Sequence record: MT701590.1
DNA: 64,000 nt
Strand: one strand, 5' to 3'
From: Klebsiella phage Miami
Part shown: piece after piece, positions 49,125 through 57,694 of the stretch
How the letters are laid out: the number at the start of each line of letters is the position of its first letter
How positions within the stretch are numbered: the first letter of the stretch is position 1
Program-made: the position numbers and the translations under genes
The notes under the pieces: model-generated
Database searches by the model: none
The model's input: the letters and a program-made list of their open reading frames with translations, nothing else
Told to the model about the DNA's origin: nothing

Positions 49125-50261
49125 ATGTTTATTTCTAAACGAGGTAAGCTCCGACTACATAAAGATGATTTAGAAACAATCGAAAGAACTTTTGGTTGTC
49201 GGAGGTTTGTATGGAATCAGCTTTTAGGATTTCATAAAAATCAGTATGAAAAATGGAAAGAAGATTGTACTTTAGAGAAACCTAAAGTTTCTATTTCGGC
49301 TTTTAGAGAGGAATTTAAACGTCTTAAATTAACACACCCTTGGTTAAATGAAGTAAGCTCTATCGTTTTATATGAGACTATTACCGATCTTTATAATGCT
49401 TTTCAGGGTTTCTTTAAGAGCGGTAAAGGTTATCCTAAATTTAAATCTAAACGAGGGATGCAATCTTTTCGAATAGCTTCTCGATACAACATGCGTGTTT
49501 CAGGTAATCGAGTTAGGATACCTAAGTCGAATTACTACGCTAAGTTCTCTAAAAATACGGTTTTAAACGATCCTTCGTCATATACGGTCACTCGTGACAA
49601 CGTAGGAGATTATTTCATCTCTTTTGTAGACCAGATCGACGAGATCGAACAAGAGCCTGAAAGTAAAGGTAAGCACGTTGGTATTGATTTAGGGATTAAA
49701 TCTTTAGCGATTATCAACTCTAATAAAGGGGAGTCTTGGGAGTTAGAAAATCCCAAAACCTACGTCAAGTACCAAAAAAGGAGAACGACGCTACAACGTC
49801 GTTTAATGAAAAAGAAGAAAGGGAGTAACAATCGTAACAAAGCCAAAATTAAATTAGCAAAGTTAGAACGTAAAGTATCTAATATCCGTAAAGATCTTTT
49901 ACACAAATTTACCACTAAGATTATTCGTGAAAACCAAACCATAGTTTTAGAGGATTTAAACGTAAAAGGAATGGTTAAAAATCATAAACTGGCTAAACAT
50001 ATTCAAGATTGTTCTTTTGGTACGATTAGAACAATGTTAGAATATAAAGCTAAGCGTTATACCAAACCAAAAGTGATTTGTCTTGTTCATCGTTTTTATC
50101 CCAGTACTCAACTCTGTTCTCATTGTGGCATGAAAAGTGAAGTGAAAATCAAACTTCATATAAGAGAATGGACCTGTGGTCACTGTGGGGTTAAACACGA
50201 TAGAGATATCAATGCAGCTACGAATATCCTTAACGAAGGATGTCGTTTAACAGCCTCCTAG
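49125..50261 (+). CDS. tnpB: TnpB (IS200/IS605-family OrfB) RNA-guided nuclease-like protein
   Basis: N-terminal FGCRRFVWNQLL (OrfB helix-turn-helix). RuvC-I HVGIDLGIK, RuvC-II IVLEDLNVKGM, Zn-ribbon CSHCG..CGHCG, RuvC-III HDRDINAATNI — all catalytic D/E/D present. The gene is markedly AT-rich compared with neighbours. Confidence 0.75.
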   Translation: MFISKRGKLRLHKDDLETIERTFGCRRFVWNQLLGFHKNQYEKWKEDCTLEKPKVSISAFREEFKRLKLTHPWLNEVSSIVLYETITDLYNAFQGFFKSGKGYPKFKSKRGMQSFRIASRYNMRVSGNRVRIPKSNYYAKFSKNTVLNDPSSYTVTRDNVGDYFISFVDQIDEIEQEPESKGKHVGIDLGIKSLAIINSNKGESWELENPKTYVKYQKRRTTLQRRLMKKKKGSNNRNKAKIKLAKLERKVSNIRKDLLHKFTTKIIRENQTIVLEDLNVKGMVKNHKLAKHIQDCSFGTIRTMLEYKAKRYTKPKVICLVHRFYPSTQLCSHCGMKSEVKIKLHIREWTCGHCGVKHDRDINAATNILNEGCRLTAS

Positions 50262-50398
50262 GTTAAGGGTATTTAATTACCCCTACCCTTGGTCTGAGGG
50301 GACGTTAAGCCTGTGGAGCCGGGTTGCAGTTAGGACCCCCTATGAAACAGGAAATTGAAAAATATGAGACAGAATATTTTATTTATAAGGAATCTATT
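50262..50398 (+). other. TnpB 3' flank: candidate right end / omega-RNA scaffold region
   Basis: Hairpins gggta tttaat taccc and ccc..ggg-rich segments lie right after the tnpB stop, where IS605-family omega-RNAs end. Boundaries are not defined. Confidence 0.25.
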
Positions 50399-50524
50399 AT
50401 GTCAATCATCGCCTCTATCGCCATCGTTGTTATTATCACCGCAGTAGTCTACGTGCTCACCAAAGATGCCGTGGAAGAAATCTTCCCGGTGCGTAAAGAA
50501 ATGGCTGTTCGTAACAAACGTTAA
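50399..50524 (+). CDS. small membrane protein (41 aa)
   Basis: AAGGAA RBS; product MSIIASIAIVVIITAVVYVLTKD... is hydrophobic. Confidence 0.35.
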   Translation: MSIIASIAIVVIITAVVYVLTKDAVEEIFPVRKEMAVRNKR

Positions 50525-50534
50525 TTTATTGTTA

Positions 50535-50581
50535 CTCCCCTCCGAAAGGAGGGGAGCCTAACCGCGATTATTTTTTTTTTT
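50535..50581 (+). terminator. rho-independent terminator
   Basis: ctcccctcc gaaa ggaggggag ... ttttttttttt. Confidence 0.5.
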
Positions 50582-50582
50582 C

Positions 50583-50990
50583 ATGAGGTTCATGATGACC
50601 GGATTTTGCGTTGCAACAATGTCGACGTTGGGCTTTATAGCCGATGACGTTAAACTCGCTATGGACAGACACCTCACTTATTGGTTTGCATCCAGACGCG
50701 ATCAAAATAAGTTAATAGGTGAGGTCGATTCCTTTGAATATCTTCTGATGACCTACCAAGGTAATCGGAGCGCTTTGGTCAGTAATGTCGAAAGCTCACT
50801 CAGGACTTACTTCCAGCAGATTTTCAGTACTGTAGAAGTTCAAGTGTCAGATTCCGATATGCCGGGTGAAACAGAAAACTTTACACTGGTCATGGCGCTT
50901 AGGGTGACACACGAAGGCGTCCCTTATGACCTTCAAAATGCCGTTATCGTATCCGGCGCTTCTTATACTCTTCTTCCGAGAGGTAACTAA
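50583..50990 (+). CDS. hypothetical protein (135 aa)
   Basis: ORF. Confidence 0.45.
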   Translation: MRFMMTGFCVATMSTLGFIADDVKLAMDRHLTYWFASRRDQNKLIGEVDSFEYLLMTYQGNRSALVSNVESSLRTYFQQIFSTVEVQVSDSDMPGETENFTLVMALRVTHEGVPYDLQNAVIVSGASYTLLPRGN

Positions 50991-50992
50991 CA

Positions 50993-51754
50993 ATGTCCGA
51001 CAAAATGCCATCCGAACACTACGCGCTTAAATTCTTAGAGGGCGGCACCCCTAAGGTTATCAATGGTAAACGCTACCTGGAAATGAACGGCGAACTGGTG
51101 AACGTCGCCACTTCTATTTCAGAGGCGACCTTCGTCAGAGATTGGCTTCTCGGATTCTCGTTAGGTTATGTCGGCGAGAAGTCTTATTTTGATTTTGCAC
51201 GGTGGATGGAAATTAGTAACGAAGGACGCTCGGCTGTTATCGTCCATGATAACGAAGACGAAAATAAACCTATCTTTGTTGTTCCTCCTCTGACCGATAC
51301 GAAAATGACAGCTCAGGAAATGGAAGTTCTTCAGGTAGCCGCTGGCGTGATGAGCAATGCTTATGGCGCGCAATTCGGCGGATCGACCAGCAGAAGTACC
51401 GAAATACTTTTACAGGGTCTGTCCATTATCCAAAAAGGTCTGCAGTCTGGCGAATACACCATAACTGATCTCGTCCCACCCTTCATCTATGAAAAATACT
51501 CGATCAATCCTCGAGTATTTAAAAAGATGATGCATTGTAAAAATACCTTTGGGTTGGATACCAATGATGAGAGCTGGAAAGTTCTAGAAGCTTGTTTCAG
51601 AGTCATTGACGAAGGTAAAGTGTTAAAACAACAACAGTACGACTTCTTAATGGCGATCACGCAAAATACAGCAATCGTCCCCGATCAATGTAAACCTGAC
51701 AGTAAAAATAAACAGGAAGATCAATTTACAGAGATCAACCCATTTGAGTGTTAA
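50993..51754 (+). CDS. hypothetical protein (253 aa)
   Basis: ORF. Confidence 0.5.
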   Translation: MSDKMPSEHYALKFLEGGTPKVINGKRYLEMNGELVNVATSISEATFVRDWLLGFSLGYVGEKSYFDFARWMEISNEGRSAVIVHDNEDENKPIFVVPPLTDTKMTAQEMEVLQVAAGVMSNAYGAQFGGSTSRSTEILLQGLSIIQKGLQSGEYTITDLVPPFIYEKYSINPRVFKKMMHCKNTFGLDTNDESWKVLEACFRVIDEGKVLKQQQYDFLMAITQNTAIVPDQCKPDSKNKQEDQFTEINPFEC

Positions 51755-52887
51755 GCATGATTAATTCCCCCAAGAAAATTAGGATGTTGTGGTCAAGTGA
51801 TCATCACACACTTCATGAAGGTACCCCCACAGTTCACATCTTAAGTAACCTGGGGGAATTCTTTTATAAGTACAATTCCCTGGCAGAAACAGACATCGTT
51901 GTTTTTGGCGGTGATTTTTTTCATAAGCTAGTCGATGCTTCTAACAGCTCGATGCGTTTATGTGAATATTGGATTAACAAATTTTTAATTCGGTGTGCTG
52001 AAAATAACGTTGTGGTGAGAGTACTGGAAGGGACGAGTTCTCACGACTGGGAACAACCGGAAATATTCCAAATATTGAGCCCGGATAACCTTGATTTAAA
52101 ATGGGTTAAAGAGCTGAGTATTGAGCGCATTGAAAAACTGGATATGACCGTGCTTTACGTTCCGGATAACATGGGGGGTAAGAAGCCCGAGGTTATTTGG
52201 GATGAGGTCATCGACCTTCTAACTAAGCATAACCTGGAGAAGGTAGATTTTGTCTTTTTCCACGGATCGTTTAAATACCAGTTGGACGAACGTTTTAGTA
52301 AACATAGCCATGATGAAAAATTGTGGTCGACGATTGTTAACTATTATATCTTTGCCGGGCACATCCACAAACCTTCAGAATGTGGGCCGATCAGATGTTC
52401 AGGATCCTTCGATAGAACAGGTCATTCGGAGGAGCATCCTAAGGGCGGATATATCGTTGATTACTTCCCAGAAGATAAGAAGTGCACCGCCACCTTTTAT
52501 GAGAATAAAAAGGCGCTGCCTTATATCACCCTGAGAATTACACCGGAAACAACAACAGAAGAACTAAATGATAAGCTTGGGTTCCTAATGGATAAGCGAT
52601 ACCCCAAAGCCAGTCATTTTTGGATTAGAGGAGGGAATCCTCTCGTCGTTAATCCGATCATTCAGTTCTTCAAACAACAATATCCTCAGTATGACTTTAA
52701 GAAAGAAAACGTTGTTACTCATGAAGCAGTAATTGACGATGAGCTTTATACTGAAGATCTTTATTCCGGCATAACGTTAACGAAAGATAACATCATCCCT
52801 TCTCTAATGGGCTATTTGAATAAGAAGATTTTGTTAGTGGATGAAGAGTTAGATTCCCTAACAAAAACAATGGAGGAGTTTATCTAA
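51748..52887 (+). CDS. SbcD/Mre11-like calcineurin-family phosphoesterase (recombination/repair nuclease)
   Basis: Motifs WSSDHH (I), VFGGDFFH (II), LEGTSSHDW (III), FFHGSF (IV), FAGHIHKP (V/VI). Confidence 0.55.
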   Translation: MLSMINSPKKIRMLWSSDHHTLHEGTPTVHILSNLGEFFYKYNSLAETDIVVFGGDFFHKLVDASNSSMRLCEYWINKFLIRCAENNVVVRVLEGTSSHDWEQPEIFQILSPDNLDLKWVKELSIERIEKLDMTVLYVPDNMGGKKPEVIWDEVIDLLTKHNLEKVDFVFFHGSFKYQLDERFSKHSHDEKLWSTIVNYYIFAGHIHKPSECGPIRCSGSFDRTGHSEEHPKGGYIVDYFPEDKKCTATFYENKKALPYITLRITPETTTEELNDKLGFLMDKRYPKASHFWIRGGNPLVVNPIIQFFKQQYPQYDFKKENVVTHEAVIDDELYTEDLYSGITLTKDNIIPSLMGYLNKKILLVDEELDSLTKTMEEFI

Positions 52888-53687
52888 TGAGGGCGTTAGG
52901 GGCGTTAAATATCTCGGTAGGGACGTCTTTAGCATTCGAAGGGGCGGCTAAAATACAGTTGCTCCAATCGGACTCCTTACTTATCAATCTACGGACGATA
53001 GCACGTAATGCCAGGGAGGCTTACGATAAAGATGATTCCGACGGAAAGGATGTCGATCTTCTTACAGCAGCGGCAAGCGATGATTTGATAGGTCTCATTA
53101 AAACCGTTCAGGGATGGATGGGACAAAAAACGATCAATCTTATCGTTTATCTTCCTTCTTACAGATCGCTCCCTAAGATTTTTAAAAGGGCGAATCTCTG
53201 GGAACCGACAACGGATATCCAGAAAGAAAAAGATAGACTTGATACCGCCGTACTGAATAATTTAAAAAAACGGTTCGGGGCTAACATTAAGGAAACGGAC
53301 GTCAACCTTCCTGAATTTATAGGGAATGGTTTGATTTTAACGCATCACCCCATTGATCTTGTAATGACAGGAAGTGGAACAAGGTTGCGTTTAATCGAAT
53401 CCTATACTGGGACTTTGAAAGGACATTCTCAGTGGTACACAAAATTTTCCGGTGGGGAAAAACTGTTTAACATTCCCCTAAACAAATTAACCATTCAGAT
53501 ATTCGGGGATGGACCGGTTAATTTTAAATCGGAAAAAAGTCATAAACTTAAAGACCTAATAAAAGATATCGCTATTAAAGGTAAATGGACCTCGGTAACG
53601 ACTCTGGACGCAGTGAGATCTAGTATCAATGTTCACGCTAAAGGATTTGACCGAGATGGGTTATTAATACTTTTAAACGGCGGGTAG
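52887..53687 (+). CDS. hypothetical protein (266 aa)
   Basis: ATGA overlap with the upstream gene. Confidence 0.45.
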   Translation: MRALGALNISVGTSLAFEGAAKIQLLQSDSLLINLRTIARNAREAYDKDDSDGKDVDLLTAAASDDLIGLIKTVQGWMGQKTINLIVYLPSYRSLPKIFKRANLWEPTTDIQKEKDRLDTAVLNNLKKRFGANIKETDVNLPEFIGNGLILTHHPIDLVMTGSGTRLRLIESYTGTLKGHSQWYTKFSGGEKLFNIPLNKLTIQIFGDGPVNFKSEKSHKLKDLIKDIAIKGKWTSVTTLDAVRSSINVHAKGFDRDGLLILLNGG

Positions 53688-53727
53688 CTTTATATTAGCA
53701 CAAACCCAATTTCAAAGGATTTACGTC

Positions 53728-54468
53728 ATGAGTGATTTCAACAACGGTAACAATGGTAACTCCCGTCCCAAAACTCCACTGAACGATTATCGTTACCCGC
53801 ACCCTAAAACCAAAGAACCTCTTCCGGGCGGCAAATACCCTGCGCAAGCGTACTGGGAACTGACCGCCGCTGGTAAGGTCGTTTTCAAAGTACAAGACGG
53901 TGTGTTCGGCGGCGGCGATAACGCGTACAAGAAAAAAGAAATTGAAATGATCGCGTTCGAGCGCAATGCCATCTTCCAGCTTCTGAGAGAAGCAGCGACC
54001 GATCCCAATTTCACCAAATCCCAATACACTGTTCGTGATCGCCAATTCATTCGTGAAGGTGGTCAGGCTAAGATGTCCGACAACCCGATGACCATCGGTG
54101 TGTTTACCGTCATCCGCGATTCGAACGGTGTTGTTCAGCTCGGATTCAGCAAGTCTGATTTCAAAGCTCTGTTCGTTTTCGACAATGCCCGCGAATCCAC
54201 TCTGGTCGATTTTGTCGACGGCGAATTCAAACCGGCTCACGCTCGCATGAGTCGTCTGTATGTCCTCGGTTATCTTTCGGCCGTGGAAGGCTGGCTGAAC
54301 GCTGCTGAGTTCTCTCGCTACCAACCGCCTAAACCGAAAAATGGTGGTAACGGCGGCGGTGGCTGGAACAACAATAACGGTGGCAACCGCGGTAATGGCG
54401 GCGGTAACAGCTGGGGCGGTGGTGGCAACGCACCGGCCGATGACTTCGCGGAAGACATTCCGTTCTAA
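53728..54468 (+). CDS. ssb: single-stranded DNA-binding protein with bacterial-SSB-like Gly/Asn linker and acidic DIPF tip
   Basis: C-terminus GGNGGGGWNNNNGGNRGNGGGNSWGGGGNAPADDFAEDIPF resembles bacterial SSB ...DDDIPF. High-expression codon usage. The antisense ORF 53695-54474 is spurious. Confidence 0.5.
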   Translation: MSDFNNGNNGNSRPKTPLNDYRYPHPKTKEPLPGGKYPAQAYWELTAAGKVVFKVQDGVFGGGDNAYKKKEIEMIAFERNAIFQLLREAATDPNFTKSQYTVRDRQFIREGGQAKMSDNPMTIGVFTVIRDSNGVVQLGFSKSDFKALFVFDNARESTLVDFVDGEFKPAHARMSRLYVLGYLSAVEGWLNAAEFSRYQPPKPKNGGNGGGGWNNNNGGNRGNGGGNSWGGGGNAPADDFAEDIPF

Positions 54469-54482
54469 AAACAAAGATACTC

Positions 54483-54530
54483 TCTCCTACTCCCTAGGGA
54501 GTAGGAGATTACTTTTCGTTATAATTTTTT
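54483..54530 (+). terminator. rho-independent terminator
   Basis: tctcctactccc tag ggagtaggaga then ttacttttcgttataatttttt. Confidence 0.5.
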
Positions 54531-54586
54531 AGCACTATATTATTTACTGGTAAACCCCGGCTATAAAAATTATTGGGAGTAATAAC

Positions 54587-56173
54587 GTGGAATTTAAACT
54601 CAGTTTAAAACAGAGTGGGAAAAGTCCATTTGCTGGAGTTATTGCGCAATATGGCGAAAGCATTATCGAGTTCAAAGGCAGTGGCAGATTAAATTGTGGT
54701 ACGATTTACGATGATCTTTTCTTTTCTTTTAACGAATACGTCGGGCATTTAGAAGAAAAGAATAAGGCCCGTTTATGGGAACTGATGGTTGCGGGTAAGA
54801 CCATTTTGGATCCTTCTTATTTCGACATTGATAACGTCGACGAAGAACTGATGTTGAACAACCGGGATTATAATTTCCTCGTTAAGAAACTCAAGCCCAT
54901 CGTCGCTGAAATCTTCGATGTGTTGAAAATGAAGAACTACGAGTACTTCATGGAACAGTCCGGGTATATCGATCCACCTAAAGATCTTACCTCGATGTCT
55001 GGTCTTGGAGAGTATCCGGCCGAGACAACTATCACCGCCGAAGATTATCGTAATCTGGCGGCGTTGGTTTTAGGTTTACGCGGTCCACTCCCCATCATCA
55101 CCGAGATGATTTATAAAGTCGAGAGCATCGCTGGTAAAGCATATAAGGAAGTCGTAGCTGGAGATCTGATAAACGATATCGAGTGGGTCAAGCAACACGT
55201 CGGCTGGAATCGTTTAAACGAGTATATCTCTTTTACTTATAGTGCGAAGGGAAGGGGACCTAATGGGCTGAGAATAGATATCGTCAGTGACGATCGTTTC
55301 ACTACTCATGTCGTCTATAAGGCGTTGTTCGGGCGTTTATGTTTAAGTCACGTGCCCAGCAAAGATCCACGAAAGAATTTGGTTAAATCGCTTTATTCTA
55401 TCGTCAACCAATCCGACAAAGTTCCTAGTAGTGTAAGGGAAAAGAAAGGAGGGGGTAAAGACGAGAGTAACGATAGAAGGAGTTCTTACGAGATCTATCA
55501 GTTGCGAGAAGAAGTGAACGCAACCGATGAAGCGGCTGTGGCCGAGTTCTTTACTTTCGGTATGTTTGATGAAGATGACAATCCGATTTATAAAGATCGA
55601 TTCGTACATCAGTGTAACGGTTTGAACATAGCTGATCCTAACAAAGCAGAAATTCTACATGATCTTCTGCCGGATAACTGGGATTATGAACCGAGACAGC
55701 ATATCGTTAAATTGTGTCAGATGGCTTTCTCTGACGACATTCCCTTTAACATTTATTATGCGTTGGATTATCATCAATTGATGTCGGCCATTGTTTTGGC
55801 TCAGTTAAAGCTACATCAAATGGGATATCCTCACCTCGCGGTATTGTTAACGTCAGTTGAGGATCCTGAAGGTGAGCGAATCAACGCAGACGTAATCTTC
55901 TCTTTAAACCAAACAGAACGTCAACGTATCGAATCGTTATGTGATGTAGTTAAAGGAGACGGGGCCACATCAACTAATAACGAAGCAGTATCAGCGGCAC
56001 TTGAGTTCTTTAAGGAACTCGGTAACAGTGCATGGCAGTCAACCATAGAGCTTGGCCTTATCGATGACGATAAAGCTTTAGAAAGTGCACCACGTGGTTT
56101 TTTATACGAAGTCAATTTGGATATTCAGATTAAAGAAGAGTTCATTCGTCTTTATGAAGAAATCAACAGTTAA
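54587..56173 (+). CDS. hypothetical protein (528 aa)
   Basis: GTG start after GGGAG; lies in the non-virion RNAP gene neighbourhood. Confidence 0.5.
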   Translation: MEFKLSLKQSGKSPFAGVIAQYGESIIEFKGSGRLNCGTIYDDLFFSFNEYVGHLEEKNKARLWELMVAGKTILDPSYFDIDNVDEELMLNNRDYNFLVKKLKPIVAEIFDVLKMKNYEYFMEQSGYIDPPKDLTSMSGLGEYPAETTITAEDYRNLAALVLGLRGPLPIITEMIYKVESIAGKAYKEVVAGDLINDIEWVKQHVGWNRLNEYISFTYSAKGRGPNGLRIDIVSDDRFTTHVVYKALFGRLCLSHVPSKDPRKNLVKSLYSIVNQSDKVPSSVREKKGGGKDESNDRRSSYEIYQLREEVNATDEAAVAEFFTFGMFDEDDNPIYKDRFVHQCNGLNIADPNKAEILHDLLPDNWDYEPRQHIVKLCQMAFSDDIPFNIYYALDYHQLMSAIVLAQLKLHQMGYPHLAVLLTSVEDPEGERINADVIFSLNQTERQRIESLCDVVKGDGATSTNNEAVSAALEFFKELGNSAWQSTIELGLIDDDKALESAPRGFLYEVNLDIQIKEEFIRLYEEINS

Positions 56174-56206
56174 CATCCCCCATTAATCTTTTTAGGAATA
56201 ATTATC

Positions 56207-57679
56207 ATGTCTACTGAAGGCAAAATCTATCTGGTCCGTGCGCGTTTTGGTTTGGCCAACATCTATCAAAATCAGGTGAATAGAACACAGAGCATGAGTA
56301 TCAACTCCCAAGATGTCGATCTGCTCAACGTTTCAAAAATTAATGGTCGGGTTAGCCAGAACACATTGCACGAAATCGGTGTGCGGACAGGCGGAGTATC
56401 CACTCAGGCCGACGGTTACGCATTTATCGAAGATGGTTGGGATGCACCCCGTCGTGGTCTGGCGATGCTTGAATTCGAAATTGAATCAGCGATGAACGTC
56501 GAAGAAAAACTTCATATCCTCGGTTATTTAGCTGGCGGTAGTGCGTCTGTTGATGAAGGTGTTCCGGAAGACGTTATGTTTGTCCCGGTGCGTAATTGGG
56601 TGGTTAACAAAACCATGCAAATGTTACACACCGGCATGATGAAGTCCACAAGTAATTTGACAAGTGCGTCTCAGGTCCTTTTAAACAACCCGATGGCTTC
56701 AGGTGGTTCGTTCGCTATTCGTCCTCTGGATATTGTTGACGGCGCCTCAGGTATGGTCGCTGATGACGTCCAGGACCAATCGATGAATGGCGGGATGGAA
56801 TCCCAGTATGTCGGAACCAGTAACTCCATTCTTCAGCATAATGGCGCCGCTTACTCTAAAGCCAAAAACCAATCTCCGGGGGAATACGCGAAACAATTGC
56901 TCAAGTCGAGTTTACGAGCCGGGTCCTCTATGGAGACTTCTCGTGATCCGTATGGATCCATGGGTGATGCATGCATGGACCCTGGTCTGAGCGAGACGGC
57001 CCTGCATCGAGACCCGTTCTTTAAAACCATGCGTCATGCGTTAGGCATGGGTCAGATGCAAGGATTCCAAGGTTTCTCCGTGGGTCAGATCGCATACGTC
57101 TTTGAGAATCTTCCTGACGTTATGGACCTCAGTACATGTGACGACAATCGTTTCCAGATAGAGGACCATCGACTGACGACGAATGAACTGGGGTCGTCTA
57201 ACTATAACGAAATCATCGGCAATGAGTTGAGTAGCCTGGCGCAGTATATCCTCGTTGAATCAGAGTTGGGTTATCTGGACATCGTAGCAACTAACAATGT
57301 CCAGAATTCCGTCGATAGCATCAATGGAATGCCGGTAGGTTTCATTGTGGGGGAATCCGGGCTATTGGTTGATGGGCTGGAAGGTTCTTTGGAGGAACGT
57401 GTAGAGAAAGCAAAAGAGCTCTTCTTGAGCCATTTCTTCTTGAAGTACGCTACTCCGTATCTGCATGATCGCACTTTGATCAGCTTCCGTATGACGATGC
57501 GTCTCTTCGGCGAAACTGTTATCGAGATCTTCACTAATGGTGATGAAAGCAACAAACGCCGTATCGCTTTCCCGACCTTCTCGACTAACCGAACCGACCT
57601 GACTCTGGCGTCTATGGAATCTGCGGTTAACACCGGCACGACTTTCTTCCGTAACCTGAAAGACTATTTTAACTTTTAA
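56207..57679 (+). CDS. hypothetical protein (490 aa)
   Basis: ORF. Confidence 0.5.
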   Translation: MSTEGKIYLVRARFGLANIYQNQVNRTQSMSINSQDVDLLNVSKINGRVSQNTLHEIGVRTGGVSTQADGYAFIEDGWDAPRRGLAMLEFEIESAMNVEEKLHILGYLAGGSASVDEGVPEDVMFVPVRNWVVNKTMQMLHTGMMKSTSNLTSASQVLLNNPMASGGSFAIRPLDIVDGASGMVADDVQDQSMNGGMESQYVGTSNSILQHNGAAYSKAKNQSPGEYAKQLLKSSLRAGSSMETSRDPYGSMGDACMDPGLSETALHRDPFFKTMRHALGMGQMQGFQGFSVGQIAYVFENLPDVMDLSTCDDNRFQIEDHRLTTNELGSSNYNEIIGNELSSLAQYILVESELGYLDIVATNNVQNSVDSINGMPVGFIVGESGLLVDGLEGSLEERVEKAKELFLSHFFLKYATPYLHDRTLISFRMTMRLFGETVIEIFTNGDESNKRRIAFPTFSTNRTDLTLASMESAVNTGTTFFRNLKDYFNF

Positions 57680-57694
57680 TAGGAACGTTTAATA

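Noticed and set aside
50324-50524. 66-aa ORF starting at 50324
   Set aside because: Its 5' part overlaps the structured tnpB 3' flank and lacks an RBS. The internal ATG at 50399 with an AAGGAA RBS is the more plausible start.
11669-54509. Repeated ctcctactccc...gggagtaggag units as a possible CRISPR array
   Set aside because: Copies are tens of kb apart and are inverted (hairpin) rather than direct repeats with spacers. All sit at gene ends with T-runs, so they are terminators.
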